Below are positions 35,594-42,710 of a DNA stretch of 42,765 bases, in pieces (the first letter of the stretch is position 1; each line of letters begins with the position of its first letter). Location: IMG/VR virus record IMGVR_UViG_3300045988_173299, positions 1 to 42,765 of that record, one strand, 5' to 3'. A program made the translations under genes and the position numbers. Source of the stretch: a virus. The notes below the pieces were generated by a model. That model did no database searches and was not told where the DNA came from. It was given only the letters and a program-made list of their open reading frames with translations.

Positions 35594-36955
35594 ATGGTCA
35601 CAATGCCTGTTGAAAAGGGATTTTTCGTTACATCCGGGTTTGGTCCCAGATGGGGGACACAGCACTGGGGGACTGATTTCGGGCGGGGTGGCGGCTCCGG
35701 CGGTCACCCGGTGTATGCGGTGAAAGACGGCACAGTTGTGCGTGTGGGACCTGCCACGGGGTTCGGGCGATGGATTGGTGTCGACCATCCGGCCAGCAAC
35801 GGCGGTGGTGAAACCATCTATGGCCACGTCATCCCGGAAGTGAAGCTTGGGCAAAAGGTGCGGGAGGGGCAGCGCATCGGCCGCATTGACCCTAATTCGG
35901 CAACCAACGGCGGCGTAGCCCCGCACCTGCACTTGGAATGGCACCGCTACACATGGGTGCCTCCGGGACCGGACCGGCTGGACCCAATGACAAAGCTCGC
36001 TGGCGCTCGCTGGCCGGGCGAAGCGAAACACAAGGTAGAGGAGAAAACAGTGGCAATCTTCGGCGTTGACGTGTCAGAGCACCAAAACGGTATGAGTCTC
36101 AAGCGAGCGCGCGACGAGGGGATAAGCTTTGCCATATTGCGGCTGTGCGACGGCACCTACCGTGACAAAACATTCCGCTCGCACCTAGAAGACGCTGAGT
36201 CTGCAGGGCTGTTGGTGTCAACGTACTGGTACCTGCGCGCACCGTCAGAGGGAACGACGATTGCCCAGCAAGTTGATGTCATCGACCAGCAAATGGGCGG
36301 TCGACGTGACCTGCCGGTGTGGATTGACGTAGAGAGCGTCGCAGGAAATCGGAAACTGCTCACAAAAAATGATGTGTGGGCAGCCAAACGCGAGCTAGAA
36401 AAGCGCGGATACCATGTGCCGGGAATCTACTCGGGCGCCTGGTATTGGGAAAACATGCCTGGTGGTGAACCTTCGATGGAGGGGTTGGGCTACCTGTGGG
36501 TGTCTAATTACGGACGAAATCGTACTGCACCGTACCGTGACGCCTACATCGGTGACGGTGGCGACAATCATCCTGGGTGGTATTACCCATTGGGAGACCG
36601 CCGGCCGGACATTCTCCAGTACGGCTCGAATGGGCTCGTAGCGGGGTTCAAGGTCGACGTGAATGCCTACAAGGGCACCGTAGATCAGCTCAAGGCAGTG
36701 TTCTTCGGTGCAGGCAGAAAGGAGGAGAAACCAGTGACGCCACAGCCACAAGAACCATCACTGTCGCTCGATACTGTCGTTCCGACAGCTGTCGCAGGGA
36801 GTGATTTCAAGGCGCGACTCGGCGATTTCATTCGCTTCGCGGATGAAAATGCGTTTGTCGCGAAGAAAAACACCGAGCTGATTCTGAAAGCATTTGAGCG
36901 CCTGGATGGGCGTTTGGCTGCTGTTGAGAGACAGCTGAAGGAACAGAACAAGTAA
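35594..36955 (+). CDS. endolysin: N-terminal M23 peptidase, GH25 muramidase, C-terminal binding region
   Basis: RBS aaggagg precedes the ATG. M23 motifs 'HWGTDF...IYGH...HLHLE'. GH25 motif 'FGVDVSEHQNG...ILRLCDGTYRD...YWYL'. Confidence 0.85.
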   Translation: MVTMPVEKGFFVTSGFGPRWGTQHWGTDFGRGGGSGGHPVYAVKDGTVVRVGPATGFGRWIGVDHPASNGGGETIYGHVIPEVKLGQKVREGQRIGRIDPNSATNGGVAPHLHLEWHRYTWVPPGPDRLDPMTKLAGARWPGEAKHKVEEKTVAIFGVDVSEHQNGMSLKRARDEGISFAILRLCDGTYRDKTFRSHLEDAESAGLLVSTYWYLRAPSEGTTIAQQVDVIDQQMGGRRDLPVWIDVESVAGNRKLLTKNDVWAAKRELEKRGYHVPGIYSGAWYWENMPGGEPSMEGLGYLWVSNYGRNRTAPYRDAYIGDGGDNHPGWYYPLGDRRPDILQYGSNGLVAGFKVDVNAYKGTVDQLKAVFFGAGRKEEKPVTPQPQEPSLSLDTVVPTAVAGSDFKARLGDFIRFADENAFVAKKNTELILKAFERLDGRLAAVERQLKEQNK

Positions 36956-36981
36956 GCACCCCACCGGGGTGCTTCTTTTGT
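36955..36981 (+). terminator. terminator AGCACCCC-accg-GGGGTGCT plus TCTTTTG
   Basis: 8-bp GC stem followed by a T-run. Confidence 0.6.
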
Positions 36982-36992
36982 AGGAGGGATTT

Positions 36993-37922
36993 ATGACCAC
37001 TATTTTTGTTGACCTTGTGAATTTGGATGGTAGTCGTCCGGAAGGACGGCTCAGGTTTTCTCTGGAACAGCTTCGGGTCGGAGATCCAGACGTTGTTCCG
37101 TCCTCGGTGGAGGTAGTTATTCTCGACGGTAAGGCTCGGGTAGAGAATCTGCTTCCTGGAGAGATGAAGGTTCTGGTTAGCACCGGCCGGTGGTCGAAGG
37201 AGTGGCCGGTGGCTATCCCAGATGACGGCACTCACGACCTGTTCGATTTGCTAGGTACTTCTGCTCCAGAGTTTGAGCACGCTTTGTGGGCATCGTTGTT
37301 GGGGCGCGTGGAGGCGTTGGAGAACGCGCCTGTTGTTGACCTTGCCCCGTTGGAGGACGCAACCCGCAACCTCAGCGGTCGAATAGAGAAGGCTGAGAAA
37401 CGCATTGAGTCCGTGAATAGCTCTCTCATTTCACACCAGTTCAGCCTGTCCCAGAGGGAATTGCCAAAACTCAAAAACCAGCTTGCAGAGCTGCAAGCTC
37501 ACTTCGCACCTGTAGAACTGGTCTTAAATGGCGACATCGAAGAAGCCCTCACACCTATCTATGAAACCGGTACAACGATTGGGCTTGTGCAGCACGCAGG
37601 GCGCGTAAGTATCAGCTTCCGAGGGTTTGACATACCGGGGCTATTGCAAGCGCTGGGTGAGCTGAAAACCTCCCACTTCCCGAAAGCGGCAATGTTCGCA
37701 GACGGGGAAGACTCAAATTGTTCTGTTGAACTGTACCAGGGAGCGAAGTTCCTCACGAAGATTGAGCCTAGGAAGATCCTCCTGCACAACAGATCAGGCG
37801 AGTTGACGTTCCAAATGGCACTGAATGAGGTGCTGGCGGTGGTGCAGGAAACCGGGGCTACCAACATCTACCTGTCAACGTTCTACTACACCAACGATCT
37901 GCCCCCAGAAATCACCGAGTAG
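36993..37922 (+). CDS. hypothetical moron protein (309 aa) inserted between the endolysin and holin genes
   Basis: Flanked by two near-identical terminators. GC is about 52% against about 63% for the genome. No recognisable motifs. Confidence 0.55.
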   Translation: MTTIFVDLVNLDGSRPEGRLRFSLEQLRVGDPDVVPSSVEVVILDGKARVENLLPGEMKVLVSTGRWSKEWPVAIPDDGTHDLFDLLGTSAPEFEHALWASLLGRVEALENAPVVDLAPLEDATRNLSGRIEKAEKRIESVNSSLISHQFSLSQRELPKLKNQLAELQAHFAPVELVLNGDIEEALTPIYETGTTIGLVQHAGRVSISFRGFDIPGLLQALGELKTSHFPKAAMFADGEDSNCSVELYQGAKFLTKIEPRKILLHNRSGELTFQMALNEVLAVVQETGATNIYLSTFYYTNDLPPEITE

Positions 37923-37949
37923 GCACCCCGCCGGGGTGCTTTTCTTTTT
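37923..37949 (+). terminator. terminator GCACCCC-gccg-GGGGTGC plus TTTTCTTTTT (near-copy of 36955-36981)
   Basis: Seen in sequence. Confidence 0.6.
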
Positions 37950-38007
37950 GCCCGCGTGATGGTCACGTGGGCATTTTCCACATTCTCAGAGAAGGAGAAA
38001 ACACATC

Positions 38008-38373
38008 ATGGAAACCATTCGTAATCTTGTCCCTGCGTCTGCTCGTGCCAGCTGGTACGCCGTCGCCGGAGCCATCGTCGCAGCGCTCGTGTCCTGGGGC
38101 ATGCTCGACGATGCGGCGGCACCGGCAGTCACCGGTGTGGTCATCGCGGTCATCACTTTGATGTTCGCGCTGCTCCACTCCACTAGCCCCTGGCGTCAAG
38201 CGCTCTATGGCGTCGCGTCTGCAGTCTCCGTGCTTGGCGTCTACCTCGGCTGGGGGACAGAAGCACAGTTCGACTCCATTTTGATGATTATTGCCCCTGT
38301 GTTGGCTATCGGCACCGCCGCAGCGACCACCAATGCCGGCGAGTACGTCGGTGAGCACCGGCTGGGCGAGTAG
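38008..38373 (+). CDS. holin-like membrane protein
   Basis: RBS gaaggag. Three or four predicted TM helices. Located in the lysis cassette. Confidence 0.55.
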   Translation: METIRNLVPASARASWYAVAGAIVAALVSWGMLDDAAAPAVTGVVIAVITLMFALLHSTSPWRQALYGVASAVSVLGVYLGWGTEAQFDSILMIIAPVLAIGTAAATTNAGEYVGEHRLGE

Positions 38374-38384
38374 GAGCTGGCGCG

Positions 38385-38825
38385 GTGACGGAAAAACTGT
38401 TCAACCCGCGCATAATCGCCACAGTCTGGGCAATCTACGCTGCAGCCACCAGTTACGGCTACTACGGGCATTCGGTGACCGCGCTCACACCAGTTGAGGC
38501 AGCGCTGCCGGCCGGTAGTCCGGCGTTGGCATGGGCAGCCGCATCGCTGCTTCTGGCTATTGGTGCGGCCACCTCTCCGAGAGGGAAGTGGGCAGCCCTT
38601 GGCAGAGTCAGCCGAACCGCAGGCATTGCAATCTGCGGCGCGTTGCTGACAATGTGGGCGAGCTCGTATGCGATTGACGCGATCCACGACGGGTCACGCA
38701 TGTGGGTCAGCGCGAAGAACTATCTGCTGTTGGCTATTACTGCGGCCGCGTCTGCCACAGTGATGGGACGAAACCGCTCCCGTGGGGAGGTTGCGTATGG
38801 AAATCAACTGGGGAAGTCTCATTAA
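38385..38825 (+). CDS. membrane protein (4 TM; second holin or antiholin candidate)
   Basis: GTG start with RBS aggag. Hydrophobic segments. Confidence 0.45.
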   Translation: MTEKLFNPRIIATVWAIYAAATSYGYYGHSVTALTPVEAALPAGSPALAWAAASLLLAIGAATSPRGKWAALGRVSRTAGIAICGALLTMWASSYAIDAIHDGSRMWVSAKNYLLLAITAAASATVMGRNRSRGEVAYGNQLGKSH

Positions 38826-39201
38826 TTCGATTCCGGGCGCCGTGGTTGGCATTATCGTGGCGTGGATTGGCTGGAAGGGCCGTAAAGAGGAATCGTCGGT
38901 GACGTTCAACGGGACGCTGCTGCAGAGCCAGGACAATCGGATTAAGAAGCTTGAGGACCGGCTCGATAGCGTCGAGAGCCGCCTGCGGGACACGGAGGCG
39001 ATGCTTCGTGTGGAGGAGGACCGGACGCATTTGCTTCGCCGTGGTCTCACGGATGCGATTGGTTGGCTACGCGAGTTCATTGATTGGGCGCGTTGTGGTG
39101 CGGAGGGTGCCGCACCGCAGCCGGATCTGGCGAGACTGACTGGGATTGTTGGGGATTCGCAGGCGCTACCGACAGCCAGGAATCCACCGACCGAGACATA
39201 A
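38797..39201 (+). CDS. N-terminal TM plus coiled-coil protein (spanin or lysis-regulator-like)
   Basis: RBS ggggagg lies 6 nt before the ATG. 'INSIPGAVVGIIVAWIGW' TM helix, then 'NRIKKLEDRLDSVESRLRDTEAMLRVEE'. Confidence 0.45.
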   Translation: MEINWGSLINSIPGAVVGIIVAWIGWKGRKEESSVTFNGTLLQSQDNRIKKLEDRLDSVESRLRDTEAMLRVEEDRTHLLRRGLTDAIGWLREFIDWARCGAEGAAPQPDLARLTGIVGDSQALPTARNPPTET

Positions 39202-39224
39202 ATCAAGAATCTTTGCCCCGCTGG

Positions 39225-39283
39225 TTTGAGTTGTTCGGGATTTCCGAACAGTTCGCCAGCGGGGCACTTTTTTCATGCCTAAA
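39225..39283 (+). terminator. terminator: 10-bp stem GCCCCGCTGG...CCAGCGGGGC (with nested GTTCGG...CCGAAC) plus ACTTTTTT
   Basis: End of the late operon. Confidence 0.6.
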
Positions 39284-39300
39284 ATCGGTTCCCGTCCCGC

Positions 39301-39322
39301 ATCCGTCCCGCAAAAAACGCCC
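39301..39322. repeat. arm-type repeat CCCGTCCCGCA-TC-CGTCCCGCA (copy 1, left of the putative attP core)
   Basis: Near-identical copy at 39563-39584. Both are preceded by a TTTTTCATGCC-containing terminator tail. Confidence 0.45.
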
Positions 39323-39404
39323 GAGCCGCCAGATTCCACATAGCCACCAGACCCCACATAGCCCACCTACCAGCACAAACACAACCACCACCACAAACAA
39401 CCAA

Positions 39405-39488
39405 ATCACCCAGATCTACGAGGGCACCAACCAGATTTGCCGCATGGTCGCAGGTCGCCAGATCCTCGCAGACGCACAGAAGCGCTAA
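39405..39488 (+). other. 3'-terminal fragment of an acyl-CoA dehydrogenase gene (last about 27 codons plus stop); putative attP core / host-gene-reconstituting segment
   Basis: Translation 'ITQIYEGTNQICRMVAGRQILADAQKR*' matches the conserved ACAD C-terminus (...QIYEGT(S/N)xIQRxxIxR...). The preceding sequence is low-complexity with no upstream ACAD. Followed by its own terminator. Confidence 0.55.
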
Positions 39489-39506
39489 TTACCAGCGCAA
39501 ACGCTA

Positions 39507-39536
39507 AGCCCTCGCTACCAAGGCGGGGGCTTTTTC
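39507..39536 (+). terminator. terminator AGCCCTCGC-taccaag-GCGGGGGCT plus TTTTT directly after the acyl-CoA dehydrogenase fragment
   Basis: 9-bp stem with one G·U pair, then T5. Confidence 0.5.
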
Positions 39537-39547
39537 ATGCCGCCACA

Positions 39548-40678
39548 TCACCCAGATTTTTTGCCCGTCCCGCACTCGTCCCGCACCACACCATCTACCA
39601 GCTCCCCGGCGGCAGCTCGCACCAGCTCCACATCATCCGGCCAAAAGTGCGTATACACCGACAGTGTCACATCAGCGCTCGCGTGCCCCAGCATCGTCTG
39701 CACCGCCTTCACGTTCTGCCCAGACCGAATAAGGGCCGTGGCGTATAGGTGGCGTAGCGCATGAAAATTAAAGCCACACAGCACTTTCATTGAGTGGCTG
39801 ATGGACTGTGAGGTGACCATCAGCCCGGTTGGGGTGCGAAACACCGGCTCATCATCACCATCAGGGTGTGCCAGCAGATGCGCGGCCAGGCGGCGGGCAA
39901 CAGTAGCGGAAAACGGTATCGTCCGCATCGACGACTCCGTTTTCAACGGCGCGAAATGCGGAGCCATCACACCACCAGAACGCGGCCGTGTTTGCTGCAC
40001 CACGTGCAGCAGCTTGTTGCCCATGTCGATGTTGGCGCGGGTTAGGCCACCAACCTCACCGGCACGCATGCCTGTGCCGAGCGCGAGGATCATCATCGTC
40101 GCCAGGGTTTCCCGTCCGGTCTTATCTGCCAGTTTGATAGCAGCGCGCACATCATCCACCGAGGGCAGGTCGGCCACGGTCACAACAACTTTCCGGGGTG
40201 GTTTTTTCACCTTTGATACGGGGTTATTGCGGATGAGGCCGTCTTCAACGGCCATTGTGAAGCAGCCGGATAGTTGCGCAGCCCACGACGAAACAGTGTT
40301 CTGGGACAGTGCCTTGTTTTCCAGCCAGGGCCTGCCGTTGGTGAGGTGCCCGAGCCAGGCGCGGATGTGTGCGGGGCGGATGGAATCGATGGGCATGTCG
40401 GCCATGTCGCCGAGGTTGGCGTGAATGGTTTTTCGGACTTCTCGGGTGCCGGGGGATTGGGCGGCGGTTTTGTACGTTTTCCAGTACTCGGTGAGTGTAG
40501 TTTGGCCGTGGGTGGGGTTTATCCAGTCGCCTGCGCGTAGTTCTTGTTCGCGGTCGTTGAGCCATGCTTTGGCTTCGCGGTGGAGGTCGAATGTTTTTGA
40601 GTGCTCTTTGCCTGCGGGGTCGCGGTATCTCGCTACCCACCTCGTTCGACCGTTACGCAGGCGCTTCTGAACAGCCAT
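39548..40678 (-). CDS. int: tyrosine integrase
   Basis: 377 aa from 'MAVQKRLRNGRTRWVARYRDPAGKEHSKTF' (arm-binding plus SAM-like N-terminus). Catalytic region 'HALRHLYAT...LGHASADVTLSVYTHF' (R-H-R-Y). Confidence 0.9.
   Translation of the reverse strand: MAVQKRLRNGRTRWVARYRDPAGKEHSKTFDLHREAKAWLNDREQELRAGDWINPTHGQTTLTEYWKTYKTAAQSPGTREVRKTIHANLGDMADMPIDSIRPAHIRAWLGHLTNGRPWLENKALSQNTVSSWAAQLSGCFTMAVEDGLIRNNPVSKVKKPPRKVVVTVADLPSVDDVRAAIKLADKTGRETLATMMILALGTGMRAGEVGGLTRANIDMGNKLLHVVQQTRPRSGGVMAPHFAPLKTESSMRTIPFSATVARRLAAHLLAHPDGDDEPVFRTPTGLMVTSQSISHSMKVLCGFNFHALRHLYATALIRSGQNVKAVQTMLGHASADVTLSVYTHFWPDDVELVRAAAGELVDGVVRDECGTGKKSG
39563..39584. repeat. arm-type repeat CCCGTCCCGCA-CT-CGTCCCGCA (copy 2, overlaps the int 3' end)
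   Basis: Lies 262 bp from copy 1. Encodes the last residues of the integrase (...RDECGTGKKSG). Confidence 0.45.
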
Positions 40679-40801
40679 TGATATAATCCTTTTGTCGCTG
40701 GTTGGTTGAGCCACCCCCCCCGGTTCCCACGGCGGCATCCTGGGGGCGCTCCCTAATGTGGTGTTGGGTCGAGCGCCCCCCCATCGCGGTGTCTGCTCTT
40801 A

Positions 40802-41131
40802 TTACATGTCGACCGAGACCATCGCATCGGTCTCAGATGTCGGCCGCACGTTGCAGGAGTAGCTGGTGCGTATGACTGCCCCAAATGAGTTTTGTGAATC
40901 CACGTGCCCGAGAATTTTCCAAGAATCAGTGGTTTTCTCCGCAGTGAACTCGGTTAATCCTTCAAAATCAGCGCTATCTGGAGATTTCAATCGAGCTTTG
41001 ACTTGCTTGTGGCATAGAGAGCGTGCTTCTGTTTTGCTCCATCCGCCGACCTCTTCTTTGGGGGTCGATTCTGTGCTGCACCCGGTTAGTGCTAGGGCTG
41101 CAGCGGCTGCTGTGGCGATTGCGCGTTTCAT
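40802..41131 (-). CDS. secreted lipoprotein (moron; superinfection-exclusion or lysogenic-conversion candidate)
   Basis: Start 'MKRAIATAAAAALALTGCS' (lipobox LTGC), RBS aaagga. ATGA overlap with the upstream gene. Local GC is about 45-50%. Confidence 0.6.
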   Translation of the reverse strand: MKRAIATAAAAALALTGCSTESTPKEEVGGWSKTEARSLCHKQVKARLKSPDSADFEGLTEFTAEKTTDSWKILGHVDSQNSFGAVIRTSYSCNVRPTSETDAMVSVDM

Positions 41132-41535
41132 GTTCTTGTCCTTTCGAATGACTCCCGCCATACGGCGAGGAGGTGGGTAGTGACGCCGAGTTCGCGTGCT
41201 ATCGCTCCTGAGTGCGGGCCATAGATGGACTCAGCCGCTGCGTACTCGACATGCGAGATAAGCAGCTCGGCAGCAACCTGGTCGGCTGCGCGTTCAGCAC
41301 GGGCGTCGAAGTGGGGCGACCCGGTGGGCTCGTCTCCACGTAGCGCGTGAGCAATTTCGTGTGCGAGAGTGCATCGGCGATTTACAGGCCCGAGGGTGGG
41401 GGAAAGCAGGATTAGCCGATTGTGATGGATGTAGCCACCGAGGTCGCCGGGTTGCAGGATTCCGGCACGATCGTCCTCGACTGTGATGCCCATCGCTGCG
41501 GCAAGCTGCTCAAGCTCCGTCTCCGTAATCGTCAT
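41128..41535 (-). CDS. ImmA/IrrE-family zinc metallopeptidase (anti-repressor protease)
   Basis: 'LAHEIAHAL' HExxH motif and a COG2856-like C-terminus. Lies directly downstream of the XRE repressor, as in immR-immA-int operons. Confidence 0.65.
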   Translation of the reverse strand: MTITETELEQLAAAMGITVEDDRAGILQPGDLGGYIHHNRLILLSPTLGPVNRRCTLAHEIAHALRGDEPTGSPHFDARAERAADQVAAELLISHVEYAAAESIYGPHSGAIARELGVTTHLLAVWRESFERTRT

Positions 41536-41941
41536 CGCCCTCCTCTGGTTCCGGTTTGCCGCGCTTAGCGGCGTATCTGAGATGTGTATCAGGTTGGGCG
41601 GATTGGATATCAACGACATTGTCGGCATCAGAGGTGAGCTCGGCTGAGGTGACGCCAATGCGCCGGGCGAGTTCGTTGATGAGCTGCCGGTCGGTGAGTA
41701 GCTGGGCGATGTCGCCGTCAGAGTTAGCCGCTTCCTCTGGGGTGAGGTAGCCCGTGGCTGATAGCGCCGTCGCGGCGTTCTGCCCGTATGCGCGCGCGAC
41801 AAGAATGACATTTTCTGCCGCGAGGTGGCCTTTTGCGAGTTGGCGGTTGAGTGTGGATGTTGTGATGCCGGCTCGGGTCGCAACGGCGCGTTCTGTATCG
41901 CCGCCGGTGAGTAGCTGATACCAGGTTATGTGATCGCTCAT
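41510..41941 (-). CDS. XRE-family HTH transcriptional repressor (CI/ImmR-like)
   Basis: HTH 'TERAVATRAGITTSTLNRQL'. Divergent from the cro-like gene. Acidic C-terminus. Confidence 0.7.
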   Translation of the reverse strand: MSDHITWYQLLTGGDTERAVATRAGITTSTLNRQLAKGHLAAENVILVARAYGQNAATALSATGYLTPEEAANSDGDIAQLLTDRQLINELARRIGVTSAELTSDADNVVDIQSAQPDTHLRYAAKRGKPEPEEGDDDYGDGA

Positions 41942-41949
41942 GTGTCCCA

Positions 41950-42057
41950 TTATGCACAACAGGGGGCGTGTTGTGCAATGTGAAAAACAGGCTCCCACCT
42001 GCGCTTAACAAACATATATGTAATTCCAGTTGTGCAATCTGCGCTAGGTGTGCATAA
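41950..42057. promoter_or_regulatory. genetic-switch operator region: TTATGCACAA (41950), TTGTGCAAT (41971, 42030), TGTGCATAA (42049), symmetric about an AT-rich core
   Basis: Direct and inverted copies of the T(G/A)TGCA(A/T)(T/A)A motif in the divergent repressor/cro intergenic region. Confidence 0.5.
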
Positions 42058-42101
42058 TGGGTCATGTAAGCGATTAGCGACACCGGGAGGTGAGAAAGAA
42101 G

Positions 42102-42311
42102 TTGGCTTACCGAATTCGCCCAGAAGTGCTGGACAAGATTCGCGCAGTGCGTAGCTTGCCATCAGACGAAGCTCTTGCCCGCGAGCTGGGGTTATCTCTT
42201 GGCACTGTCCAGAATATCCGCAGCGGTAGACAGCCTCGCCTGGATGTGGCCATCCGCATTATGGATGCCGCCGACGTAGTGGATATTCGCGCCGCGACCG
42301 CCATCGCCTAG
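42102..42311 (+). CDS. Cro-like HTH regulator
   Basis: TTG start lies 11 nt after RBS gggagg. HTH 'DEALARELGLSLGTVQNIRSGRQP'. Divergent from the repressor. Confidence 0.55.
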   Translation: MAYRIRPEVLDKIRAVRSLPSDEALARELGLSLGTVQNIRSGRQPRLDVAIRIMDAADVVDIRAATAIA

Positions 42312-42335
42312 GGGTGCCGCAGATTTTCCACAAAA

Positions 42336-42399
42336 GAATAATAACCAAAAATTAGAACAAACGTTCTAATCATGTTGTGTGAATAACCAAATAGAGAAC
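42336..42399. promoter_or_regulatory. AT-rich element: 20-bp palindrome ATTAGAAC-aaac-GTTCTAAT flanked by direct repeats AATAACCAAA(N)AGAAC
   Basis: Seen in sequence. Located between the cro-like gene and the xis-like/early operon. Confidence 0.35.
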
Positions 42400-42532
42400 A
42401 GCGCTAGTGATACTTACTCACCTACAGCAGTCCGCAGATGTATGCACTGCCATGACCAGGTCGAGACGTTGGGACCGCTCTGTAAACGCAATCCGGAGCG
42501 TGGAAACGGCTAGCGCGGAAACAAATCACAAG

Positions 42533-42606
42533 GTCTTGAAGATGGTTGCCCTGTTTTGGCTCGACAACGGAAGCGGGGGCGCGGGTTCGATTCCCGCCAA
42601 GACCAC
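42533..42606 (+). other. tRNA-like element: perfect 7-bp acceptor stem (GGTCTTG/CAAGACC) and canonical T-arm (GCGGG-TTCGATT-CCCGC), no clean D or anticodon arms
   Basis: 74 nt, no encoded CCA. The internal region does not fold into a standard cloverleaf by eye. Confidence 0.35.
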
Positions 42607-42710
42607 TAGGGCGCGTCAACGTCACCACCAGGCAACCCCCTTTTTCCTTGCTTTCAAGGGGGAATGGGTTGAGGACCGTCATCCCCGCTTGCGTGGAGCG
42701 AAGCCGAGGC

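Noticed and set aside
29682-35723. Diversity-generating retroelement or other hypervariable tail-fibre system; CRISPR arrays
   Set aside because: No reverse-transcriptase motifs (YxDD) in any frame and no TR/VR-like near-repeats near the tail fibre genes. There are no regularly spaced short repeats anywhere in the window.
35594-37922. Host inference from the absence of a LysB mycolyl-esterase
   Set aside because: The lack of a GxSxG esterase next to LysA might suggest a non-mycolata host, but many corynephages also lack LysB, so no host call is made beyond high-GC Gram-positive.
39084-39488. 134-aa plus-strand ORF treated as a real gene
   Set aside because: Only the last about 27 codons are meaningful (acyl-CoA dehydrogenase C-terminus). 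The rest overlaps the previous gene's end and terminator and is low-complexity.
42250-42606. tmRNA (ssrA) 3' end as identity of the T-arm/acceptor element
   Set aside because: A one-piece tmRNA would need its 5' acceptor strand about 350 nt upstream, which falls inside the Cro-like CDS. No resume-codon or tag-peptide region is evident.
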